DNA of 50,196 nt from an uncultured Bdellovibrionales bacterium (GTDB lineage: Bacteria > Myxococcota > XYA12-FULL-58-9 > JASMKV01), in NCBI GenBank assembly GCA_964013445.1, contig CAXGWX010000003.1, forward strand, positions 1 to 50,196, given 5' to 3'. A model generated the notes under the pieces. It did not search any database. It was not told where the DNA came from and was given only the letters and a program-made list of their open reading frames with translations. Positions 28,729-37,382 of the stretch are shown piece after piece. A program made the translations under genes and the position numbers. Within the stretch, counting starts at the first letter, position 1. Every line of letters begins with the position of its first letter.

Positions 28729-31107
28729 ATGGCTGTTTCGCAATCCACACTTGGCCCGATTATACGTGTGCGCCGCATTGATGGCTTGCGTGCTGCCCTT
28801 TTGGGTTTGAAGGGAAGGGCGACCCCTGGACCCGGTGAGGCGCTGTGGCTGATCCCATGTCGCCAAGTCCATAGTTTTGGACTTAGTTATCCTATGGACA
28901 TCATTCATTTGGATCAACACGGGGTGGCGGTTTCAATCCAAACATTACAGCCTTGGCGTCTCGGTCGATATATTGATGAGGCGGAAAGTGTGCTGGAGAT
29001 GCGCCGTGGGGAGGCCCGACGTTTAGGTATCGAAAAAGGGGTTAAGCCAAATCTCATCTTGGTCAAGGGCGATAGTGAAAATCTTTCGCAGAGACCTTGG
29101 GCGGTTATCAAAATTCCAGGTTTGCGCGAGCTACGTGAACTCTATACCAGTTCGCTGGTGCGTAATACGGTGATGTTACTTACCCTGGATGAGTTGCCAC
29201 CCATGGGAACCACAATCGATATGGAGTTTCAGGTCGAAGTTGTTCGGGATGGGTTTAAGTTGCAAGGGGAAATACGACAGGTTTTTAGCAAAGAAGGAGC
29301 AATGCACCAAGCCATTGTGGAAATGCCGCCGCTACCGGAGGAGGTTCGCTTACACATCTTTTCACTTATCGATCCTGTTCTTGGTGAAGAATTAGATGAG
29401 GCTCATTTGTATGGTGATAAAGGGGTGCAGGCCACTTTTCTTGCCAGGCGTAAAGGGGCGGAAGCTTTTATTTCGGCTATGGGGCAGACCCTTAAAGGCA
29501 AGGGTGAGGGTGCAGGGGCTGGTCAGGGCGAACAAAGTGGAGCTGTCCTTGAGAAGGCTGGCGGCTCGGGCACGGCCCTCAAAGGGGTGGTTGCAAAAGG
29601 CGAGGGTACGTTGGATGCGGAGGCCTTACTTGCCAGTGAGGATTTTCAAGAGACAATTTCGGAAGAGGATTATAGAGGCGGTCAGGATGGAGGCTCGACA
29701 GTTCAAAAAGCGCGACCTCATACGGATGCAGAGTCTAAAGATGAGAGAGCAGCCGAGGATGAGGTTCCTGCCAACACTGGAGCAGGTGCGACTCATCCAG
29801 CCACGACAGATGGAGCGGGAGGCGGTGTCGGTGGAGCTGGCTCCGGCGCTGGTCAAAACATTGATGGAGCTGCAGGTGAAGGTGGCGGCACAGGCGACGG
29901 CACAGGCGACGGCAGTGGCGACGGCACAGGCGACGGCAGTGGCGACGGCACAGGGGCAGGCAGTGGCAGTGGCAGTGGCAGTGGTGCGGGCGAAGGCATT
30001 GCTGCAGGTGGCAGTGGTGCTGGAAAAACTCTTCCCGGGACTTCGCAGGAAAAAGAGGAGGTGCGACCTTCAGGAGTGGCCGCGGCAAGAAATACGAATG
30101 CGCCCGAAGCGGTACAAGAAGCAAGTGGTAGCGGTAGAGGGAGCTCTCCTGTGGGAGTACGTGAAGGCGGCAGAGCCGGTTCTGGCGGCGGGGATCTTCC
30201 AGGCCAGGATGATGGTGTTCAGTGGGGTCAAGGCGCCGATGGATTGCGGCGGGCTCAGGCACGAGAAGAGGATCGGCTGCGTGCGGAAGAGGCGAGAGAG
30301 GAAGCAAATTCAGGTTTTGAACCAATCTCCCGGGATGCTTCTCGCAAAGACAGGGCTTCTGGACATGGAGCTACAGGGGGGACCGCAGGTGACTCGGCAG
30401 GCACTGGCGGCGGCTCAGGCGACGCAGCGCAGGAGCCAATTTTTGCACCGGAGGAAAACAGTTTTGGTGACGGTGGCGGTTTAGGACTCGGGCTTGGTGA
30501 AGAAGGTGCGGAGGGCGGTGGTGCCGCTGCGAGCGCTTCAATGTCAAAAGCTGCTGATGGTGGAGCAACCATGCCAAAGGGCAGCAGCGATTTAGCCGTT
30601 GGCGACTCGAAACTTGGGCAGGGTGATGATTTTTGGCAAACGGAACAAGGGATGGATTCTCTACGCAATCGTATCCAACGATTGGGCCGTTTTAGAAAAG
30701 CCTGGGAGTCTTTAGAGAAACGCAAAGTTCTGGTTGCTGATTCCGATATGGAAGTTAGGGAATATTTCAAAACAATTTTTGAACGGGCAGGGTTTGAAGT
30801 GGAGATTGCGGTCAATGGTGATGAGGCGCTGCAACTCTATTTTATGCACGACATTAAGCTGCTTGTTATAGATTTTCATTTAGAACGTAAAGATGGAATT
30901 GAAGTCGCGCGGGAGGCGCTTGAAGTTGCACGTGTGCCCACAATCTTTATGTCAAAGATGACCCATGATGAAAAAATAGTGGCGGACCTCAAGCGCTATG
31001 GTGTTGACTGGATCTTAAAGAAGCCGTTTTCTAATGAAACGATTAAGCCTGTTTTAAAAGAGGCTATTGGCGCGGCTTTGTTGCAAGATAGTGAAGATGA
31101 AAAATAA
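28729..31107 (+). CDS. Multidomain protein: DUF192 + PilZ-like + Gly/Ala/Asp-rich linker + C-terminal receiver (REC) domain
   Basis: N-terminal GL.GR..PGEALWLIPCRQVHSFGL.YPMDIIHLD...SVLEM (DUF192-like); LRELY...PPMGT.I..EF....F.LQGEI (PilZ-like); C-terminal VLVADSD...AVNGDEAL...LLVIDFHL..DG....IFMS...LKKPF (REC). Confidence 0.78.
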   Translation: MAVSQSTLGPIIRVRRIDGLRAALLGLKGRATPGPGEALWLIPCRQVHSFGLSYPMDIIHLDQHGVAVSIQTLQPWRLGRYIDEAESVLEMRRGEARRLGIEKGVKPNLILVKGDSENLSQRPWAVIKIPGLRELRELYTSSLVRNTVMLLTLDELPPMGTTIDMEFQVEVVRDGFKLQGEIRQVFSKEGAMHQAIVEMPPLPEEVRLHIFSLIDPVLGEELDEAHLYGDKGVQATFLARRKGAEAFISAMGQTLKGKGEGAGAGQGEQSGAVLEKAGGSGTALKGVVAKGEGTLDAEALLASEDFQETISEEDYRGGQDGGSTVQKARPHTDAESKDERAAEDEVPANTGAGATHPATTDGAGGGVGGAGSGAGQNIDGAAGEGGGTGDGTGDGSGDGTGDGSGDGTGAGSGSGSGSGAGEGIAAGGSGAGKTLPGTSQEKEEVRPSGVAAARNTNAPEAVQEASGSGRGSSPVGVREGGRAGSGGGDLPGQDDGVQWGQGADGLRRAQAREEDRLRAEEAREEANSGFEPISRDASRKDRASGHGATGGTAGDSAGTGGGSGDAAQEPIFAPEENSFGDGGGLGLGLGEEGAEGGGAAASASMSKAADGGATMPKGSSDLAVGDSKLGQGDDFWQTEQGMDSLRNRIQRLGRFRKAWESLEKRKVLVADSDMEVREYFKTIFERAGFEVEIAVNGDEALQLYFMHDIKLLVIDFHLERKDGIEVAREALEVARVPTIFMSKMTHDEKIVADLKRYGVDWILKKPFSNETIKPVLKEAIGAALLQDSEDEK
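29887..29982 (+). repeat. In-frame minisatellite: six 12-bp units plus four 6-bp units
   Basis: GGC(ACA/AGT)GGCGAC x5, one degenerate unit (together 29887-29958), then GGCAGT x4 (29959-29982); encodes GTGD/GSGD and GS repeats. Confidence 0.92.
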
Positions 31108-31133
31108 CAACCCTGAATTAAAGTAATCCATTT

Positions 31134-32753
31134 ATGAGTGTCCTTCTTCGCAGTCGAAAAGCGGTTCCACAAAAGGCCAAAGGAGCAGACCTACAGCATG
31201 GTGGCTCTGGAGGAGCTGCGCTTGCGGGGGCCGTGGATGGAGTCGACCTCAAGCCAAGGTACAGCGCCGACCCGGCAGCGGATTTGATGCCGGCAGCAGC
31301 ATTTTTGGGACACGAAGTTGATTACGTTGCAATCCTTGAAAAATTTCCTGACAGCCCCTTTGATCCTGCGAAGCGCAAGAAGCTGGGTAAGCTTATGGGG
31401 ATTTTTGCCATGGATTATCAAAGTGCGCGCTCGGAAGAGAGGGCATTTTTAAAGAATCTTCTTGAAGCAAGAAATGCCAAAGAAGGCTATGCGGCAAATT
31501 GTTCATTACATTGGTGCGGAGTGTCTCATGCGATTCGCCGAACTCTAGCCTTGGCTGTAGCCCAGTCACGCTTTTCACGCGGTCCGATTGATGGGTTCTT
31601 GGGAGCGGTGCAGGCGCGCCATGCGGCTCTATGCCTTGAACTTTTAGGACCAAAGAGTCGGGAGCGGATTTGGGATTGCCTGACCAAAGCCGGCACACAC
31701 AGCTCGGGCAAAAGTTATCGAAAAGCCGATCCGCTAATCGAGCGAGCCTTGATTCTTAAAGCCTTAGCTGCACGACGGGATCGACTTGGTCCATGGTCAG
31801 CAGATGGCCCAGAGGCTATTTCTGAAATTGAACTTTTTGCGAAAAGTATTCGAGGTTGTTCCCGGGATATTTTGGCCCACAGAACGACACTCTTACGACC
31901 AGAGGAGATTCAGGGTAAGCAAGGAGCTTTACATAAAAAGGACGGAAATATTTTGGGTCATTTCGCAGACCTTGCCCGCGCAGACATTGATCCGGTTTTT
32001 GCGTGGTCAAAGCAGCGCAATCCCTGGAAAAAAGGAAATGTAAAAAACGATATTGAAGAGAGCCAGGAGCAATTACCTGAGTTGGATCGAAACCCACTCT
32101 TGCAGCGAACACGCCTGCATCAGGCTTTGGCTTTGGCAGAAACAGGGCAGGCGGGTGATTTTGATAAGCGCTGGGGTCAAGCTTTGCATGATTTTATTGC
32201 AGGCCAAGATCTGAGTGCACGAAAGCAAGAGCGTAAAGATAAAGCGCTCGAGTATATGGAGAAACACGGCTTTGATATTTTTTCCCGCGAAGATCTTGAA
32301 GCTATTCGAAGTGATGCACAAGGTATCTATAAATATCAGGCTGACCGGGCTTTTGGTTCGTTGATTGCGAGTTTTACTGGGGCCACCTATGTTCGAAAAA
32401 TAATCTCTGATCAATTAAATGCCGGGCAAAACCCTATAGCTCAGATCGAACAAGCACTGGGCAAAGGGTTTTCACTGCCTCTCATTTTTTGCGAAATGAA
32501 GTTTGGGCTTTATAAATCGACTGCTGCGGTGCAGAATATTCAAGGGGCCGAGTACAACCAGCTGCATCTCTATGGCAGTAGCTCAATTCAGTGTGATCTG
32601 CTTCCGACGCCTTACTTGCTCGCAAAAGTAATGCCTGAAATCTTTGGCCGGGATGCGCGTCTGGACCATTACTTAATGCCCCTTGGCTTGGACCTTTTGA
32701 TGCCACCATTTGGTATTGAAATGAAATCTTTGGGAGTTGTGGATCACCTATGA
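31134..32753 (+). CDS. Hypothetical protein (539 aa)
   Basis: Long ORF co-oriented in the cluster; ATGA overlap with the next gene; no confident family. Confidence 0.75.
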   Translation: MSVLLRSRKAVPQKAKGADLQHGGSGGAALAGAVDGVDLKPRYSADPAADLMPAAAFLGHEVDYVAILEKFPDSPFDPAKRKKLGKLMGIFAMDYQSARSEERAFLKNLLEARNAKEGYAANCSLHWCGVSHAIRRTLALAVAQSRFSRGPIDGFLGAVQARHAALCLELLGPKSRERIWDCLTKAGTHSSGKSYRKADPLIERALILKALAARRDRLGPWSADGPEAISEIELFAKSIRGCSRDILAHRTTLLRPEEIQGKQGALHKKDGNILGHFADLARADIDPVFAWSKQRNPWKKGNVKNDIEESQEQLPELDRNPLLQRTRLHQALALAETGQAGDFDKRWGQALHDFIAGQDLSARKQERKDKALEYMEKHGFDIFSREDLEAIRSDAQGIYKYQADRAFGSLIASFTGATYVRKIISDQLNAGQNPIAQIEQALGKGFSLPLIFCEMKFGLYKSTAAVQNIQGAEYNQLHLYGSSSIQCDLLPTPYLLAKVMPEIFGRDARLDHYLMPLGLDLLMPPFGIEMKSLGVVDHL

Positions 32754-33187
32754 GCGCTCATTTGGAATATCTTTCTCAGGGCTTGATAGATAAGGGGAAG
32801 CTGCGTGAGGAGCTGCAAATTTGTGTACGGGGAGTGGTCGAGCATTGGTATAGTCAGAAGGTGAATGTTCAAAAGGTAGAAATGATGGCCGAGTACTTGG
32901 CCCGTTTAGGTCGCTACCTTGAAGCAGAATCTCTAAATCGTGATGCGCTTAGTAAAGAAGTACAAAAAATTTATAACCATCAAGATGTTATTCTTCTCGT
33001 TGAGAGTGCTTTGCCTGAGACAGCGGGGAAGCTGGAGATAAATGCTTTAGCAGTGCATCTGATGGATATCGTCGAATACTTAAGTTTAAAGACCTATGTG
33101 CCCGTATTGCCGGAGATGTTAGCTCGCTCGGAGCGGAGCGCTAAGGCTGCAAGAAGCGTTGGCTTGGCCCAGCATTTACGCGGTTAA
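32750..33187 (+). CDS. Hypothetical helical protein (145 aa)
   Basis: ATGA-coupled to the upstream gene; fills the gap up to the truA stop; amphipathic helical pattern. Confidence 0.7.
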   Translation: MSAHLEYLSQGLIDKGKLREELQICVRGVVEHWYSQKVNVQKVEMMAEYLARLGRYLEAESLNRDALSKEVQKIYNHQDVILLVESALPETAGKLEINALAVHLMDIVEYLSLKTYVPVLPEMLARSERSAKAARSVGLAQHLRG

Positions 33188-33967
33188 TTCAGGAGTCTCC
33201 GGATAAAATACGCGGATGAGGGTGAGTCCATGGGGTGGGGCGGTCATGCCAGCCTGTGAGCGGTCCCGGCAGCGTAAAAGAGATTCGAAGCTCGCAGGTT
33301 CTCTCTTTCCCTGCCCAACTTCGACCAATGTTCCGGCAAGAATTCTGCACATGTGTCGGCAATAGGCATTGGCATGAAAGGAGATCTGAATTTCTTTTCC
33401 CCAAGTTGCAGGTTGCTCCTGGATATCAATTTCTATCATTCTTCGAATGGCGTGATCCGCATCGCAATGTACGGAGCGAAAGCTTTCAAAATCCTGTTCA
33501 CCTAAGAGATATTGCGCAGCATTTCTCATTGCAGGAACATCAAGTTCCATACGTAAGTGCCACGCTCGATCGAGAAGGAAGGGAAGAGGATGTTTGGCGA
33601 GGTACACTCTATATTTGTAAATCTTCGTTAGGGAGTGATGGCGTGCACTGAAGTCCAGAGCTTTTTCTTCGGCATGCTGGACCACGATGTCATCAGGGAG
33701 ATAGGCGTTGATGCCGGTGGTCAAACGATAAGGACTTATTGAACTATGGGTCTTAAAGTTACAGACTTGGCCGATAGCATGCACACCCCGATCTGTCCGT
33801 CCAGCAACTTGAAGTTTTATATCCTCATGGCAAATCTTGCCTATGGCTTGTTTAAGCTCTCCTTCTATGGTGGGACCTTGAAGCTGGGATTGCCAGCCTA
33901 AATAGGGCCCCCCTTGATAGGATACGGTGAGACAAATATTACGCAGAGCAGTCGAAGGTGTGGACAT
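33176..33967 (-). CDS. truA: tRNA pseudouridine(38-40) synthase
   Basis: AGRTDRGVHAIGQV, FSARH, DFESFR, MCRILAGTL, TAPPHGLTL. Confidence 0.95.
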   Translation of the reverse strand: MSTPSTALRNICLTVSYQGGPYLGWQSQLQGPTIEGELKQAIGKICHEDIKLQVAGRTDRGVHAIGQVCNFKTHSSISPYRLTTGINAYLPDDIVVQHAEEKALDFSARHHSLTKIYKYRVYLAKHPLPFLLDRAWHLRMELDVPAMRNAAQYLLGEQDFESFRSVHCDADHAIRRMIEIDIQEQPATWGKEIQISFHANAYCRHMCRILAGTLVEVGQGKREPASFESLLRCRDRSQAGMTAPPHGLTLIRVFYPETPELTA

Positions 33968-33978
33968 TGGATTTGGTG

Positions 33979-34773
33979 TTAGAACAATTCAATAGCTAAG
34001 CCGAAATTAATTTGCTGGGCAGACATATTGAAGCGCTTTTTTTTGCCAAAATGATCCGCATAGGTTTGGCTCCATTCGGCATAAAGATAGGAGTCATAGA
34101 TGTCGTTTGTCGCTCTGCCTTTGGCTGCTGCATTGGGTTCAATCCAACCCAGAGCCATCGCCAGACCGGCTGTAAGCTGATAACCGGCAGTCGCTCCCCG
34201 CCCCTCTTCACCATTAATTTTAGATATTTTACTGCCGCCGTAATTACTCCAAAAAAAGTACTGTAGAGAACCTTTACCGTAGGGCACGAAGGGAAAGTTA
34301 AATAAGCGTTTTAAAATATCCAATCGGTAAACCAGACCTAAGCCGACGGGCATGATATTCAAAGTGGTGCTGTCATTACCGCTGGAAGATGTGGCGATGT
34401 TTGTTGCGTCACATGCGATGACTTCGCTTTCATTGCTCTCACTATAGCAGACGCGACTTTTTCCATTGGCCTTCCACGAGCCGATTTGAGTGCTGATTCC
34501 AAGTAAGCCAAAGGCATCAAAGAAATACCAGTCCCAGCCAATGGCTGCCATATAGGGCTCGGTTGCCTTACCACCGTAGAAAACATCATAGTAGTCTTGA
34601 ATGTTCGTGTCCGTAGATACGGTGGGGCTGTATTCGCCAAAGTGAATATAAATATTATGTTCGGGAATTTCAGCGCGCTCCTCGTAGCCAATGCCTTGCG
34701 CATGTGTACTGCCGCCCGAGAGCAGCAGGGCAACGCCAAAGAGGAGAGATGGAATCAGTTGCTGTTTAATCAT
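33979..34773 (-). CDS. MXAN_2562-like outer-membrane beta-barrel protein
   Basis: Signal peptide; G.YSP, YRLD....P.VPYGK, G.G.T.G, terminal GLAIELF beta-signal; paired with a MYXO-CTERM protein. Confidence 0.7.
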   Translation of the reverse strand: MIKQQLIPSLLFGVALLLSGGSTHAQGIGYEERAEIPEHNIYIHFGEYSPTVSTDTNIQDYYDVFYGGKATEPYMAAIGWDWYFFDAFGLLGISTQIGSWKANGKSRVCYSESNESEVIACDATNIATSSSGNDSTTLNIMPVGLGLVYRLDILKRLFNFPFVPYGKGSLQYFFWSNYGGSKISKINGEEGRGATAGYQLTAGLAMALGWIEPNAAAKGRATNDIYDSYLYAEWSQTYADHFGKKKRFNMSAQQINFGLAIELF

Positions 34774-35852
34774 CCTCTTCTCCTGTAGCGTCTAAGCAGA
34801 CCAAGGGCCAAGAACCCCAGCCAGGTTAAGATATTGGTTGCCGGCAAGGCGCCGCAGTATCCGGTCTTAAGCTCTCCAGGGTAGCATTCGAGAAAGTCGC
34901 ATTCTTCTTGAGGGGTCGCGGATACGATTGAGGAAGGAGCGCCACGATTTCCTAAGTTATCAATGGCGAAAGCGCAGAGGTCATAACTTGTGCCGTTTTC
35001 CGCACTGAGTTCAGAGCTTGCGGTGGTTTCGGTGAGAGCTGAAATAAGCGTAACGGTGACTTCAGCGGAGTTCCAATCGGTGCAGGTTTCCGTCGTGGTG
35101 GTTTCTTCCTCCTCGCTTTCCTCGTCACTCTCTGCAGAAACTCTGCTCCAAATTTCCCACTGTCCGATTGTTTCGCTTGTTGAGGAGTCATCCATTTCTA
35201 AGTCAACTCCAATACGTCCATCGAGGGCCGTAAGGGTCGGAGTTTTGGGGGCAGCAGGAATAGATGTATCGACCTTAAATTGGGCGTAACCATGAGGCTC
35301 CGATGAGCTCACCTTGTTGTCGACGGCGGTCAGGCCACCAAGGTCCACCCCAAAACAAAGACGGTATACGGTTTCGTTGATGGCGGTTTCGCCACAAGCA
35401 TCGTCTTGCTCCAAGATGTCGGTCGTATCAAACGTAATGGCGGTACTAAGATCGGACGGAAAATCAAAGGTCAAATTACTGACCAAGGGATCGGTGGCGG
35501 TGAGTTCTTCCTGTGCGACAAGCTCGGGCACTTGATCAAATGTGCATGAGCCGGTCCCTTTTTGTAGCCAGATATAAAGTTGTGAGCCACTTGTTATGGT
35601 GACCGTGCTTGATGCGTAGGTTAGCTCAAGCTCAATGCTGCGTGCGGTGGTCGGGTCGTCCACCTCGGAGCAGGCATCCGCGTTCAGTGGTTTACAGGTG
35701 CTTGTGGTAGGTTCACAGTCGAGGTTGCCGTCATAGGTTGTTGGCGACGTCCAGGTGATTGTGAAATCGCCCGCACTGTAAGCATCTGTTTCAGTTTGCC
35801 CTACCACAGCGTTGGTGAGGGAGGCGATGAGTAAGAGTTGTAACATGGTCAC
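34770..35852 (-). CDS. MXAN_2561-like exported protein with fibronectin-III-like region and MYXO-CTERM-type sorting tail
   Basis: Signal peptide; P.AP...DG.I, AIDNLGN...S....TPQ...DF.E.Y; C-terminus GYC + hydrophobic helix + RRYRRRG. Confidence 0.72.
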   Translation of the reverse strand: MTMLQLLLIASLTNAVVGQTETDAYSAGDFTITWTSPTTYDGNLDCEPTTSTCKPLNADACSEVDDPTTARSIELELTYASSTVTITSGSQLYIWLQKGTGSCTFDQVPELVAQEELTATDPLVSNLTFDFPSDLSTAITFDTTDILEQDDACGETAINETVYRLCFGVDLGGLTAVDNKVSSSEPHGYAQFKVDTSIPAAPKTPTLTALDGRIGVDLEMDDSSTSETIGQWEIWSRVSAESDEESEEEETTTTETCTDWNSAEVTVTLISALTETTASSELSAENGTSYDLCAFAIDNLGNRGAPSSIVSATPQEECDFLECYPGELKTGYCGALPATNILTWLGFLALGLLRRYRRRG

Positions 35853-35913
35853 TAAACTAATGGCCTTTGCTTGGTGTGGTCAAGCCCAGGTAAAGAAAGT
35901 TTTTTCTGCTCAT

Positions 35914-36936
35914 CTAGTTGAGATGGTCGCGAATAAGCAGCTCAGCGATTTGAATGGCATTTGTTGCCGCGCCCTTGCGTAAATTATCTGCAACGCACCA
36001 AAAGCTCAGGCCGTTGTCGACAGAATTATCTTGCCGTATCCGTCCCAAATAGGTGGCATCGTTGCCTTCTGCGCTTAGAGCTGTAGGGAAGGAGTTGCTT
36101 TCTGGATCATCGATAACCAGGACGCCAGGTGCTTTGGTTAAGGCTTCCTGAGCCTGCGTTACACTTATGGGCTTTTCGAATTCTGCGCTAATGGATTCGG
36201 AATGACCATTGAAAATGGGAACGCGTACGCAGGTCGGACAGACACCCAAGTCTGGCAGATGCATGATCTTGCGCGTCTCATAGATCATCTTTTCTTCTTC
36301 TTTGGTAAAACCGCTTTCCATAAAGGTATCAATTTGTGGAATGCAGTTAAAGGCTATACGCGAGGCAAAGACATCACAGACGACGTCCCGTTGGTTGAAG
36401 AGGTCAGTGACTTGCGTGCTCAACTCCTCCATACCGTTACGGCCCGCACCACTGACTGCCTGATAGGTAGAGACTACCACGCGGCGTAGGCCTGCTTGAG
36501 CATGCAGTGGGGCCAAGGCCACCACCATTTGAATGGTGGAGCAGTTCGGGTTGGCAATAATTCCCTTGGTTTTATAGCTGCCGAGATCTTCCGGATTGAC
36601 CTCTGGAACAATCAAGGGCACGTCCGGGTCCATCCGCCATTTCGAGCTGTTATCGATAACCACCGCCCCTTGGGAGGTGGCAATCGGCGCCCATTCTTCA
36701 CTGACGCTGCCGCCGGCAGACATCAGGGCTATATCTACATGAGCAAAATGATCCATGGCGATGGCCTGAACCTTGTGCATTTTGCCGCGAAATTCGATTT
36801 CTTCCCCCGCACTTCGTTCGGAGGCCAGCAGTACCAATTCTTCGATAGGGAAATTGCGCTCCTCTAGACTGGCAATCATTTCTCGTCCAACCAGTCCGGT
36901 GGCGCCGACAACAGCGACTCGATAGGATTTATCCAT
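35914..36936 (-). CDS. asd: Aspartate-semialdehyde dehydrogenase
   Basis: VAVVGATGLVG, IDNSSKWRM, NPNCSTIQ, STYQAVSGAG, DNLRKGAATNA. Confidence 0.97.
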   Translation of the reverse strand: MDKSYRVAVVGATGLVGREMIASLEERNFPIEELVLLASERSAGEEIEFRGKMHKVQAIAMDHFAHVDIALMSAGGSVSEEWAPIATSQGAVVIDNSSKWRMDPDVPLIVPEVNPEDLGSYKTKGIIANPNCSTIQMVVALAPLHAQAGLRRVVVSTYQAVSGAGRNGMEELSTQVTDLFNQRDVVCDVFASRIAFNCIPQIDTFMESGFTKEEEKMIYETRKIMHLPDLGVCPTCVRVPIFNGHSESISAEFEKPISVTQAQEALTKAPGVLVIDDPESNSFPTALSAEGNDATYLGRIRQDNSVDNGLSFWCVADNLRKGAATNAIQIAELLIRDHLN

Positions 36937-37054
36937 AAAATTCAACCTTCACTATGGGTTATCCACTAAACAAGTGGAAAACTTTGCGGAATTAGTCAAG
37001 GTATTTTTGCGATAAAGCTTGATTCATGAGGCATTTTAGGATGTAAGTCGGTGC

Positions 37055-37273
37055 ATGGCGAACACATCCTATCTCACCGATGGAACCGAAGAGCCCATTG
37101 AGCAATGGTTGCGTAAGACCGTACGTGTGCGGAAGCATCCCGAATGGGGCAATGCTCGGGTTTTGCGCTGGTATCCGGCTGCCGGCTCCACCCCACAAAG
37201 ATTGCGGATTTTGGCGGAAAACAACCCGGCGCCACAGATTGTTTCGATTTTAGAAGTTGAAGTTCTCTCCTAG
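37055..37273 (+). CDS. Small hypothetical protein, possible SH3/Tudor-like fold
   Basis: ATG-started 72-aa ORF filling the intergenic space; VR..KHPEWG..RV pattern. Confidence 0.5.
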   Translation: MANTSYLTDGTEEPIEQWLRKTVRVRKHPEWGNARVLRWYPAAGSTPQRLRILAENNPAPQIVSILEVEVLS

Positions 37274-37382
37274 GGCAGCATTTTCTCCCCTAAATTCATG
37301 TACAAAACGTCCTACCTTGTCGATATTCTTTAAGTTTTTGCGTTGCCGTGCCTGCTTTCATGGGCTATACCGCTGCACAGAT

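Noticed and set aside
29396-30484. 362-aa alternative-frame ORF (and the antisense 196-aa and 186-aa ORFs) inside the DUF192/REC gene
   Set aside because: Stop-codon scarcity in a GC-rich low-complexity Gly/Ala segment explains them; there is no evidence of dual coding or a frameshift.
32750-33187. Small helical protein as a possible Csm2/Cas11-like subunit
   Set aside because: Only size and helicity fit; there are no cas genes or array in the window.
37257-37382. N-terminal extension of the Cys-rich lipoprotein ORF
   Set aside because: It would bury the lipoprotein signal; ATG 37383 or 37401 fits the lipobox spacing.
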